Source: Entomortierella parvispora E1425 (Eukaryota; Fungi; Mortierellomycota). Taken from it: a stretch of DNA of 64,000 nt. The notes below the pieces were generated by a model that saw nothing but the letters and a program-made list of their open reading frames with translations, was not told where the DNA came from and searched no databases. Below are positions 1-11,409 of this stretch, piece by piece. The stretch is taken from positions 682,001-746,000 of the forward strand of contig BQFW01000015.1 of NCBI GenBank assembly GCA_020891255.1, in the 5' to 3' direction. The translations under genes and the position numbers were made by a program. Every line of letters starts with the position of its first letter. Position 1 is the stretch's first letter.

Positions 1-1392
1 CTCCGGGCCACTGCTGAACTGCTTCATCGGCACATGAAGATATCCGCTCGGCGATAACGTCGTTTCCTTCCTGTTGTGTTCTGCGAAGGTCATGGCATCA
101 AAAATGCTTAATGGGCTGTCCCGATCCATCATTTCAGAATGAAAGTCAGCGGTGGTGAGAATTTTGTTCTTTGGGTTTGTTTTAGGGGGAGGCAAGTGCC
201 GCAATACTCTAAACATGCCCGTGGGTCATCTTTCGCAATTGGCTGACAAACAATATTTTTACTTTTATGACCATGCGCCTTGACCCAACAATGATAGCCA
301 GGTTCTGCCTCTTGGCTATCCACGTTGTTATCCGAGGCTATTTGTTGCCCACTATTAGACAGCTGACATGCTTCTGTTGACCGGTCCACTTCTTTTTTCA
401 GGCTTCAGAGATCCTACCCACAGACGTGAAATTAACCAAGTCCTCCTCACGGGGGGAAATCACTGCCGTACGCCCGAAGAACTCTAGCCACAGCGAAAGG
501 AAAGGGGCTTCTGGGGATCCTGTCCACCACAATTGTGAGTGATGGCTTTTTGTGCCACCTTGAACCTTTGATGAAGTTGTCGCACAAACGGAACAAAACA
601 GTCAAAAAAAAAGAATTTCCACGATCCGTCCCGTCATCCGACCGTGTGGGCCACAGGCGGCCTCAGAGGAACAACACAACAAGACCGCCCTTATCGAAGC
701 AGAAAGAAATGGAAAGAGCGAAAGGTGTAAAGATGAGCCACAGAAGAAAAGAGGGGGAAGCACTGTGCAAAGATGGGTGTGTCCCGATGGGTGATTTGAG
801 AGCAAAACTAGATGAGGGCAAGCACTTTTGAGAACGATGGCGCGATGTTGATTTATTTGAAGGGCCCGAGTTGCTGCAAGTCTCACTTTCGCAATGGCGT
901 GCCAGCTTGCTCCTCGTGCGACGACAACAAACCTCTCCGCGATGGCCTGCAGGAGACTGGCCAACAAAATAGCAGACCATGTCCACCGCGTGGTGCAAAG
1001 GCAGGAGCAAGTGGCAACTTTGACCGCAATCAACAGCTGAGAGACCCACACGGTTCACTGAGTACCTTGCTGCTCAACAATCCACTATCGTCATTGTTGG
1101 CATCCACGTTGTCTGTGTGAATCTGTGCAGGGTGAGCCTGTGCGAGGGGCAGTCGAAGAGGTTCTCGACCCTTGTTCTTCTCTGTTGTCGAATCATTCAT
1201 TCCTCTCTCATTTGCATTCCTTCATCCGTTAAAACCGCATCACTTTGTACCCACTTTCCTCAAAGCACTCTTTTGCCCTCTTGCTATCCTTCTCACCGAC
1301 AACAATATCCCTATTATTTCGATTAGATCAACCTACTCAGGAACGCGTTTCTCTTTCTCCCAACCTTGCACTTACCACAGAGACCGTCGATA

Positions 1393-4300
1393 ATGAACCC
1401 CAGGGGCAGCAGCCTTCATTTGGTGGGTTTTCCGGACAACCCTGTCCACCACTATCGTGGCATGAACAAAAACATCTGCTGGAGTCCCGACGCATTTGAA
1501 ATGGATGTTGACCTTTCACAGGCATATCAATCCAGTAGATTGGTATCTAACACTGATAGCCACTTCGCCAAAACTCGCTCCAGCACGCAGACCAAAGCTG
1601 GAACCCTCCGAGAAACAACGTCGACAACCTCTTCCTCTATTTTTGACCTTGAAGTTCATTCAGACTCCACCCTATACTCTCACGCCCCCGCTTGCCCTAA
1701 TCCCAATCAGTCATTGCAGCCACAAAAACCCCAGCAGTTGCGTAACGAGAATAAGATGGGAAAGAAGACTCTTGGATTTCTCAGGAACAGCAGCAGTAGC
1801 CAAAACCAGGAGAACAGCAGCAGGAACAGTGACGATATGCTGTACTGGAGCTCGCAGCCACCTTCAATTGTCAGTGGCCAGTTTCCAGCGATACCCGCAG
1901 CACCATCATTTCAGTCCATTTTCAACAGCAACGGTCCCTCGAATAGCAATAAGGATCATGACAGCGATCGATATGAAACTACCCCTCTTATAATTATGGA
2001 CGATCGTGTCCTCATGGAAGACTGGCTCCAGAAACGATCCGCCTCTTTGCAACTCGTCTGGAGGCGACGGTGGTGCATCCTGAAGAATGATTGTCTCTTT
2101 TATTACCGCTCAAACGTAAGAACGAAAGTGCATAGGTAGCCATCACATTACTGTTACTACCGCCAATATTGACTCACATTGATGGAGGATGCAATAGATG
2201 GAGACAAAGCCCATCGGCATCCTCAACCTGGCCGACTACTCCCTCTTAACTTTCGGGCCAGATATTTCTCGGCGATCGAAGCTTGCTTTCAGGCTGTCAT
2301 TGACCGCTGTAAGTCCATCAGAATCGACTCTTGATAACGAGCCTATAGGGACAACACCGTTATCATCGACGCCCGCACTGACAGCTAGATCGTCCGGAGG
2401 CGTAACAACAGCAGGGAGCCAAGAGATGAACCAGCAACAACACCATCTATTTCATGCACAAACGCAAGAAGCGCTCGATTTGTGGGTGAAGTTAATTCAG
2501 ACGTGTATCGACCGTGCTCGAATGCGTCAAAGAGATGCCAGGAAAAAGGCCAGTGGTAACAGTAGAACTTATTCTTCAGACCAGATCAATTGTTTGGCTT
2601 ATGGATACCGCTGTGAGCTCAATTCAGACCAACGTTGCAGTAGAGCGCAACCGATACAAGAGGGCCGGTCTATCATAGACAAAGTGCTGGACAGATTACT
2701 GTTAGAGGATCCAACTCTATCAGACATAAACGACCCCTCCACACTTATCATGCCAACACAAGAGCAGTCATCCGGTGGCGCCTCCGTCCGGTCTCTGCAA
2801 ATGTGTGTCGACGATGGCTTGGACGCATGGTCTTCCAGGTCACCGTCATTTCTGTATACTCGTGACAAAGGCAAGAGCAGAGACGGCAGTCATGACTGTT
2901 CTACTCCTCCTCGCGGAGCACACATCTCTGCCATGGATGCCAACACTGCCAGTAGTATAAGCAATAGTGATTTCAGTTTTGGCGACAGTCTGAACAGATA
3001 CGGGAATCACTCCATGGAGGAACAACTTATGTGCACAGAGTCGTTGCAGTTGTTGTTGCCACACTCACAGAGCGCAGCTTCTAGCTCTGCTGGCGTTTCG
3101 GATGTGAGGAGAACGCTACGACCACCATCAATCACCTCGCGGTCGAGCCAAGATCACCGTGAAGTGTTATACACCAAACAGCCCTATGGCAAGAGTAGCG
3201 CTGTCCAGTTGGATGGCAAAGATCGTCCCCTGGCATTACAAACACTGGGTTCGTCAATGATTGCGCATCGTGGTAATTATGATACCTAGGCTGCTTTCTA
3301 CCACTCTTTTCTCGCGTATTGACGTCTCTTTTTTTCGTTTCTAGGACTACCGCCACTACCATCCATCAACACTGTTGACCCGCCTATCTCGATTGCAAAC
3401 AGGAGGGTTTTCTCACGATCCAGCCCACTTACTGCAACAAACGTGGCATCGCCAGAATACTATATCTTGGAGGTGGACCACCCTTATCAGGACAGGAGTG
3501 CGTCTTTGGCCTCTACATCCACGATTGGTTCGTCATCCAGTGGAGGTTCTTTTATGGCGCCAACCACTGTGGTGAATGGTATGGGATTGAATGAAGAAGC
3601 AAAAGCCTCCTATCGTGGCTCTTTGGGCAACTATGTCACTGGCCACGATCTTTCAGCCGCAACTACTATAGAAAAGGAGACCAAAGGTGCCGCTGCATTG
3701 CCATCAAGTCCCAAGAAAATCAAGAAACTTTGGTCTGTTTATGGGACTAGCAGTAGTGCTAATTTCGATGTTTCCGTATTGAAGTCTGAACCCACTGCCA
3801 TAACTTCCAATACTGAAGACGATTTCCCTGGTCTTAGCGAGAACATGAATGGCAGTGAAATCAGCAACAACAACAACAATAGCAGGCGATCAACAGCCAC
3901 GACAAGCGAGGCGTTAGATGTGTCAAACCCTTTACTGCAAGGGCTTGTTCTTGTCGCTCCTACCTCTTTGTCTAAGAGGGGTGGATATGCTAGGAGCAGC
4001 AACAACGTCAAAGGAAACAGCTTCTCAAAATCTTTGACCTCTCTCTCCAATAAGGAGACCTGCAAGGATCCCTTCACTGATTCTGGAGCACATAAAGTGC
4101 CGGTACCACCACAAGCGTTGAGCGCTTGGTCAAGCAACTCATCTTCTATTAATTTAGTACCAAGGACCCAAGCATCGTACTCCAATTCAGTCATGGACAA
4201 CAATCATCAACGGCAGAATCAACAGTGTTTATTGGATTCTACCAGAACTAGATCAAGTACAACCAATGACCTCTCCTCCCGAGGAGCCGTTCATACAGCA

Positions 4301-4798
4301 CCTATATCTCCGATGCCAAGCGAATGGACTGCAAGAGAACGGTCTGAGAGGCATGCACTTTACCAATCGACCCAGATGCGTTGCGTTGACCCAGAGCTAC
4401 TTGTGTCTGCGCTGTCGCTGAGCTTCCATTCGCAGGGATCTAATGCCCCTTACAAGAACAAAAATCCTTTTGGAGCTGACATTTCCCGACAGATTGTACC
4501 TACGGAAGAACTTGTTTTGGCTATTGCACAAGAGGCAGCGGCGGAAGAATTGCTGAAAAGGCAACAGGAGCTTGACAAGGATAGCACTGAGCAACCTTCT
4601 AAGAAAGGCGGCGGCTACAAGCACAAAAAGGAAGACAAGAGCGATTCCAGCGCGGAAACTTCTCCAGCAGATCAAGTCAAGCCAACTGCTCTGATTACCA
4701 CACTCAGGCAAGAGAAAGGCTCCTTTGCTCCTGCAATTCCAATTCGATCCCCCCATCGTGCGCTCGTCCCTGTCAATAATCAGCTTTATCATTATTGA
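1393..4798 (+). CDS. PH-domain protein, 3 exons (1393-2115, 2198-3272, 3345-4798)
   Basis: PH motif EDWLQKRSASLQLVWRRRWCILKNDCLFYY...KPIGILNL...LDLWVKLIQ. GT-AG introns at 2116-2197 and 3273-3344 join three ORF-track segments in frame. Confidence 0.85.
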
Positions 4799-4879
4799 GC
4801 CTTGCAAAGCAAAAGAACGACAACAAAATATGTTATTAATGAGAGCAAGTATTAATAACATTCACCAGAGCAAGAATAA

Positions 4880-5040
4880 ATTTAATCTCAGAATACTTAC
4901 ATAATTTGGATCATATCCAATTCTTTGCGGCATCGGCGGGTTGATGCGCTCCGAAGGTTTTTTTTCCAGGTGATGAGTTGCTGGCAGTGGTGGTGGGGTG
5001 CGATAAGAGTCGCTTGGGGTTGAAAGGAGGAAGGGCCTGA
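4880..5040 (-). ncRNA. candidate Fanzor omega-RNA (guide scaffold) overlapping the 3' end of Fanzor A
   Basis: Four hairpins shared with the equivalent region of Fanzor B, two with compensatory changes. Position at the 3' end of a TnpB/Fanzor ORF matches known omega-RNA placement. Boundaries are estimates. Confidence 0.55.
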
Positions 5041-8000
5041 CGGCTGGGCGTGGTCAGCTGCGAGTATCCTGAGATAGCGATGTTCAGGCTGGCATTCGCA
5101 TCTCGTCCTCTTGTGCAATAGCCTGCCCTGAACGAAATACAGTCTGGATTGATGCATTCCACTGCGCCATTCACGCGGACTACCCTTGTCCTTCCTTTCG
5201 AGTCCTTCCTCCTGGCGCGGACCAATCGGAGGAGCTTAAAGCAAAACGGACATAATTTTGAAGAATTGTGTTCGTTTGTTTTGCAAATCGGCCCATGCCT
5301 CATGTGTTTATGAGGAATAGTGTTGCCCCCCATGCGGTTGTTGCCCTTGAGTCGAGATCCGTTTCCTGTCCCAGCAGCTCCATGCAAAAAAAGCGGAACT
5401 ACAACCGGTCTCAATTTCGGGCAACCCTTCAGATGTTTCAAGACGAGACGTCGCTTCGATGGATCCGTTTCATCGACTTGAAACTCAGGTCTGTGGTGAG
5501 TTTGGCATTCCAAGCAGAACCCGTTGCTCTGGAGGGCTGGCGTCTCATTGTCTACCATGTTCGCTGCTGTTGGAAAAAGAGTGGGAGAGTCAGTTTGACA
5601 GTCGATCGATGCAGCCTTAAAAGAATCAGGAAAAAGCGGATAGTTCAAATAACCGTACCGTAAGCAGTCTTTGCAAAAGCGCGTCGTTCTTTCGCTGCGA
5701 CAACATCGTAAGTACGCTGCAAGCGCAGGCGCTTGGTTCGGCTCATGTTCCTGCGTTGCCTTGATTGCTCAAAATCAACAATGGAATCACGCAGTTTACG
5801 ACGGACCTCTCCTGCTTTTTCAAGGTCTGCAATAGTATTCGCCTGATGGGGACCCTGTTTCGCGAGCTCATGGAAGGCCGACACAACGTGATCGTTCTCG
5901 CTCCTCGCCAGTGCTCTCGTCCGGGATTGGGCTTCCCTATTCAATCCAGACAGATGGCGGACGTGTTTGACGGTAATGCACTGGGTATCAGGGATGATGA
6001 TCTTGCCCAAAGTGTCTACGCGTCTCTCACCGATTGCAGGAGTAAATGGGTCGACTTTCGGTTGCGGGTCCACTTCAGATTGATCTGGGTCATCTTCCGA
6101 AAGAACCTCATATCTGTTGCACAGCTGCACCAACTTTGCCTCTGGAATCACCACTGTCTCAAACATGGTCTTCACCCCAGGATCGGTTCCTGCAGGCACA
6201 AGTGCTACCTTGCGATTGTGGGATTTGCTGTTATTGTCGCGGATACCGTCCTTCAAGTCGGCGATGCAGGTTGCCTCAGTGAAGTCCATTGACCCAGGTT
6301 GGTGGAGAGTCGGGCGCAACGTAATTTCTGGCTCTGCCGTCAAAGATTCCTTTCCTTTTCGAGACTTCTTTGCAGGTGCCGCTGAAGACGAAGATCCCGC
6401 GGACGAGGAAGGTGGAGGTGCCGCTGTCGATGAAGATGCAGGTGCCGCTGAAGTTGCTGGAGAGGTGGACTTTGAATGTTGTAGAAAAACGTATTTGTCC
6501 TGTCTCAGCTCCTTTATCCTCATCCGGATGGGTATCGCTATCCTCCGTAAACGATGTACTCGCTGGCGTTGATTGTCCATCGCCTGGTAGCTGTCTTCCT
6601 CGTCCAGGCTCAATTGTTCCATGCCGGCTGAAAGAGCCTTGAGCGCCCAAAACCAACTCTTTAAAAGACGTAAATCCTCTTCTTCCCGAGCCAAGTGTTT
6701 GTCGAGGACTTCGAGGTCGGCTGATAGTTCTTTGATGATGTCCGTTATCTCTTCTGCCATCAGCTTCGCCACCTCGGGGGAGACACTCAACGTCGATTTC
6801 GTCTTGTTGGTTTTGGTCCGTCCGCCCTTCTTTTTTTTCTCGCTCCATTTATCATGTGGAAACGTAGGCTTAATCTGCTTGCCCACAATCTGCACTTGTT
6901 TCTCATCGAGATAAAGGAACCTAAGAGTTCAAGCAAGTGGATACGAGTTAGTCCCTATTTGGCCATGATTGTCACAAGAGTACTACAAGTTCAAGAGCTC
7001 GTACCGATCTTGAAACACCAAGTTGTGCGCGCGAAGGATATGCTCAACTTTCTTCATGTCAAAAAATGCATTGAAGACAACATCTTTGCATGCAGGCGTT
7101 GATACGGAATTCACAAGGGAGTATATAACCTCGTCCTTGCATACATCATAATGGCCTCCTTCCCGTGCACACAGGACTTCGCAGATGCCAGTAGCGCCTA
7201 GGGGCAATGGCTGTATCTTGCCGCAAGACGATAATGGAGATAGGCGCCGAGAGAATTGCTTGTATCCGATTGCCCGTAGTAAGCTATTGGCCAGAAAACA
7301 AAAGGGCCCTAAGACAAGAGGGTGAGCTACGATCTTGTCATCTGGACCACCACGCTTTGGCGTAAACGGTCTCAACCAGTTGACGATTTTGACGGCCACA
7401 TCTAGTTCCTCGTCCAGATACTTTTGAGGTTCGTGTAAGGTGTCTCTGAAAATCTCCCGAGTGACTTCCATGGGGCAATCACCACCTTTGTCCAGAAGTC
7501 TCGACATTACTGCCTCAAGGGGCCGAAGATGCTTAGAGGAAGGTTCTAATGATCGGGTTTGAAAAATGACAGAGTTTGAAAAGAGGGTTGGTAAGAAAAT
7601 GCCCCTGGTCCATGCAGTCACATAGTTGATCCTTTATCGAACACAACTGCATACCTTTTAGCTTTACAGCCGTCTGATCCGAACCCGCTGCTTGAGGATG
7701 AGAGCCATTGTCATCTGACGCTGAAAAGTCCTCGGTAGTTGTCATTAAACCTTTTGTCTCTTGGTCAACGACAGCCTTAAACCCATCGTCCTCATCATCC
7801 TCGTCATCCTCATCATCCTCATCATCCTCATCAGACAAGCCGTTATCATCAGGCTCGTCCACTGACGCTCCACCTTTGCCGTTCTTGATCTCATTCTCTG
7901 TCGCTACAAGTTTCTCGAAGGTAGCACGGATCATGTCGACAATTCTCCTGGCACGAACAATGCGGGGTAGTTTGGTTGGAGCGGTAACATTGTCCCTATT

Positions 8001-10944
8001 TCGTAACGTCATTGTAGATCCGAACCAGCTCACTTTTGATTCTTCCACGACATGGTCGAGCTGCTGGAATAGTGACTTGATCGAGTGCAGCAGCGCCTTC
8101 TTTCGGGCAAAAGGCTGGTTGTTGAAGGCAGCGTGCTCCTTTCTCTCCTTCTTCTCCTTTGCCTTTCTTGCCTTTTGTCTCCCGGTATCTTTTCTCCGCA
8201 ATTGGTCGGCGATGAACTCGGTGGAGAGAGCGTAGAAGCGCCTTTTTCAAAGAGAAATAGACAGTGGGGGTCCAGAGATTCCCTATGTTTGTTGCGAGTG
8301 TTCGAAGAAGTTCCACTCTTGTAAGAGACAGGCCCTCTGGAAGGTTTGCATTCGACTCGAAAGCGGATGTGGCTGAGGGGGATTGATTCTGGACGATGTC
8401 GATTAGCCTGTCCCATAGCGGATGTTCACCTCGAGCTCGCTTGTCGACATTTGGACCGACGTCAGTCGTGCTGGAGCGCTTCAGTCCAAGAGACGAGGGT
8501 CCGGCAGCGAAGTCTTTGTCGGGCTCGATAAATCCAGGGTCCTCTTCCCTTATGTTGCTATGAGCACGATCCCAAACAAGTCGTTTTCTAGCGTATTGAA
8601 TGAAATCTTGTGAAAAAAGTTCCTTGTGGTCCTTTTGATCGTTGTTCAGACGTCCTTTGCTCTCACAAGCGATGCGCATGCTGCTTTGAAAATGATCGGA
8701 TACAACGCCGACCCGAAGCGTCGTGCCCTTTCGCAGGTCCTCGTCACGTATCTCAAAGCCGTGCGGAAGGAACTTGATGAGATCCACATCTGATGAACTA
8801 GGATGCAGAGCGCCATGAAACACCTATAAACAAGGAGTAGAATAGCCTTTAAATTTAGCAAAAAAAAAAAAAAAAAAATACATGATCCTCAACCCATTCG
8901 CTCTTTCAATGGGAAATCACTCACCTCAAGTTGAACCTTCATCAGCGCGAGTTGAATCTCGTCCATGTGCATGGATAGACAGCCTTGTTTTTGTTGTAGT
9001 AAATTCTTGATGTTGACTTTGTCATCATCAGAGAAATCGGAGCGGAGAATCTGGTCGAGGGCCACAGAGACTGTTCGAGTTTCTGGCTCCGTTTTTGTGA
9101 CGACAGACTGGTCACCAGAAGGCGCGTGCTCCGGAGAGAGAATGGTTTCTTTAGCAACCGTCTTGACCCAAATTCTGTCAAAATTCGCCTTCACGACATC
9201 GTGATAGTACTGGACAGGCTGTGCATGGAGCGCGATGTTTGACCTGAGGACGCTCGTGTCCACTGAACTCTGCGGCAGCTCATAGTGGTGCTCCAACTTC
9301 CGTGCGGTGACAGCAAGAGTGTTTCTGGGCAACCCGGTAAGATTACGCTCGTGTTCGGCAACCTGTGTGCGCTTTGAACTTAGTACTTCCTCAGAGTTGT
9401 TTTTGGTGCTCTTCAGCGATGACCGGATAGTCTTAACAATGACATCTTCGGTGAGATGATCAACACTAAATAAGGGGGGGGGGGGATCATCAGCAAAAGC
9501 AAATCAAACAAGAGACAGAGATGATTAAACTTTCATTACCAGGCTTCCTGAAGACATCTCCTTTCAACCTCGCGTGTAATACATGAAGGGTATGATCGCC
9601 TTTGATTGGGTCTCTTCGTGTCCCTGAAGACAGCACGCTCGACTGACGGTCGACTGGATGTAGTAGTGAACTGGGGCAGTCTCTCCACCGGTTGAAGTGA
9701 GGTCGTCGGTGCAATGGAACAACTGAGAGGCGAGAACGTTGATATTTGCTCGAAAGAAAGCTGGATGTGCAGCAGGGCGACATGCATCCTGGAGTGGGTT
9801 GATGGCCTAAATACCCTGATTCGGGAACGTGTAGACGGCAAGACGATCGTTATGCAGAGTACCTCTGAGAGATATCGGAGAAGTAGATAGCACGGAGGGA
9901 TGTTGATGTGAACGTCTCCCAACTTCATCTTGAAGGCCGTCTTCCGTATGCCGTTCGTCAAATCAGCCAAAAACCTGGCCAGGGGCAAGCCTGTTGTGTC
10001 ATGATCCAGAACGACCAAGCCGAAATTTTTCTGAAGATACTCCAAGCTTTCATTCATGTTCTCCGAGTTGGGAAGAGGGGTTGTAACTTTGGATAAGCAG
10101 AAGAGGCGCTCTTCCATCACCAAGTCGGGCGTCTCATTCTGCAAGACGGCTTTGGCTTCCTTGAGGAGTTCCTCATCCAGACCCAATTCAATGGACAACT
10201 ATGCAAACACTTGGTACTTAATCTCATAGCCTTTTTTTTGCTAACAAGCTGATAAAGCACGATCACCCATGATTACCTGGTCGCTATCATGAACGTCAAG
10301 TTGCACGAGGTCGTCCTCAACTCCGACGTCTTCTGCAAGGAATGGGTCGTACTGGTCGCCATCATTCAGACCCAGTTCAACAGACAACTATGCATACATC
10401 GGGCTTAAAATTAGTCTCATAGTCTTTTTTTTGCTAACAAGCTGATAAAGCACGATCACCCATGATTACCTGGTCGCTATCATGAACGTCAAGTTGCACG
10501 AGGTCGTCCTCAACTCCGACGTCTTCTGCGAGGAATAAGTCGTACTGGTCGCCATCATTCAGACCCAGTTCAACAGACAACTATGCATACATCGGGCTTA
10601 AAATTAGTCTCATAGTCCTTTTGTTGGTGACCAGTTGGGAATGCACAATCGCCCATGATTACCTGGTCGCTATCATGAACGTCAAGTTGCACGAGGTCGT
10701 CCTCAACTCCGACGTCTTCTGCGAGGAATGAGTCGTACTGGTCGCCATCATTCAGACCCAGTTCAATAGGCAACCATGCAAACATTGAGTAATTAGTCTC
10801 ATGGCCCTTTTGTTGGTGACCAGTTGGGAATGCGCAATCGCCCATGATTACCTGATCGCCATCATGACCATCAAGTTGCACAAGGTTGTCCTCAACTCCG
10901 ACGTTTTCTGCGAGGAATGAGTCGTACTGGTCGGCCATTGGCAT
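4911..10944 (-). CDS. Fanzor A: giant Fanzor (TnpB-family RuvC) nuclease, ~1,750-1,780 aa, with one apparent frameshift near 8180
   Basis: RuvC-I AGTDPG (D at 6182-6184), Gly at the canonical RuvC-II position (PLFLHGAAG), downstream Glu in KTNEHNSSKLCPFC (5271-5273), second CxxxxC (CINPDC), RuvC-III RGRDANASLNIA (5100-5102). Exons inferred: 10944-10663 or 10944-10852/10773-10663, 10580-10470, 10387-10277, 10198-9540, 9465-8925, 8823-7655, 7545-7005, 6920-5659, 5566-4911. Confidence 0.85.
10199..10938 (-). repeat. 4-copy tandem repeat, period 189-193 bp (111-nt exon plus 78-82-nt intron units) at the 5' end of Fanzor A
   Basis: CATGATTACCTG recurs at 10268, 10461, 10654 and 10843. Each unit encodes ~IELGLNDGDQYDxFLAEDVGVEDDLVQLDVHDSDQ followed by a GTAATC donor. 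Confidence 0.9.
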
Positions 10945-11037
10945 GGGAAGCGTCGAGAGCGAGTTGCAAACGAAAGGGACAAAATTCGAAAAACGCGCTG
11001 ACTTCACGCGTGTCATCGTGAATCGTGGATTCCTGTA

Positions 11038-11355
11038 GTGGATTTGCCTCTAAGCCACCCAGTTTCTTTCCTACTATTTCATCGCTGCTGCTTTTGCTAT
11101 ACGGGCGCTGGTTCCATACGAGCAGGCGAGGAAACTTTTAGGAGAGCCCGGAAAGACGCATCAACAGCCCAGAGAAACATCTATTTGCGAGTATGGACGC
11201 TTCAGGTTCGAACGACAAGCAAGAGAGGCTTAGCTTCGAAGAAGATACCTTCGGTGCAGCTGGCTCGTCCGTCCCACCTCGGTCTTGGGGCGGGGCGATT
11301 TTGGAACCGCGGGCACCCTCCTTCAAACTCACCACATTCCATGTATCACGTGGTA
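11038..11355 (+). repeat. dispersed repeat, copy 1 (small non-autonomous element or solo-LTR-like), homologous to 53275-53662
   Basis: Identical 21-mer GTGGATTTGCCTCTAAGCCAC, then a closely similar block TTCTTTCCTACTATTTC...CTGGTTCCATACGAGCAGGCGAG. A ~60-nt segment present at 53.3 kb is missing here. Confidence 0.8.
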
Positions 11356-11409
11356 CTTTTACTGTGATGGGGGATGTGGGGATCCAGCAACTTCGTCGTG
11401 CTGATCTCT

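Noticed and set aside
1-1330. Short ORFs on both strands at the window start
   Set aside because: No recognisable domain. There may be exons of a minus-strand gene running off the window, but I cannot support a call.
4801-4920. Helitron 3' end (hairpin plus CTRR) at the Fanzor termini
   Set aside because: No CTRR at the expected distance from the hairpins in A, B or C, and no Rep/helicase sequence in the window.
10199-10938. CRISPR-like or guide array next to an RNA-guided nuclease
   Set aside because: The units are contiguous ~190-bp near-identical repeats with no unique spacers. They are fully explained as duplicated exon plus intron.
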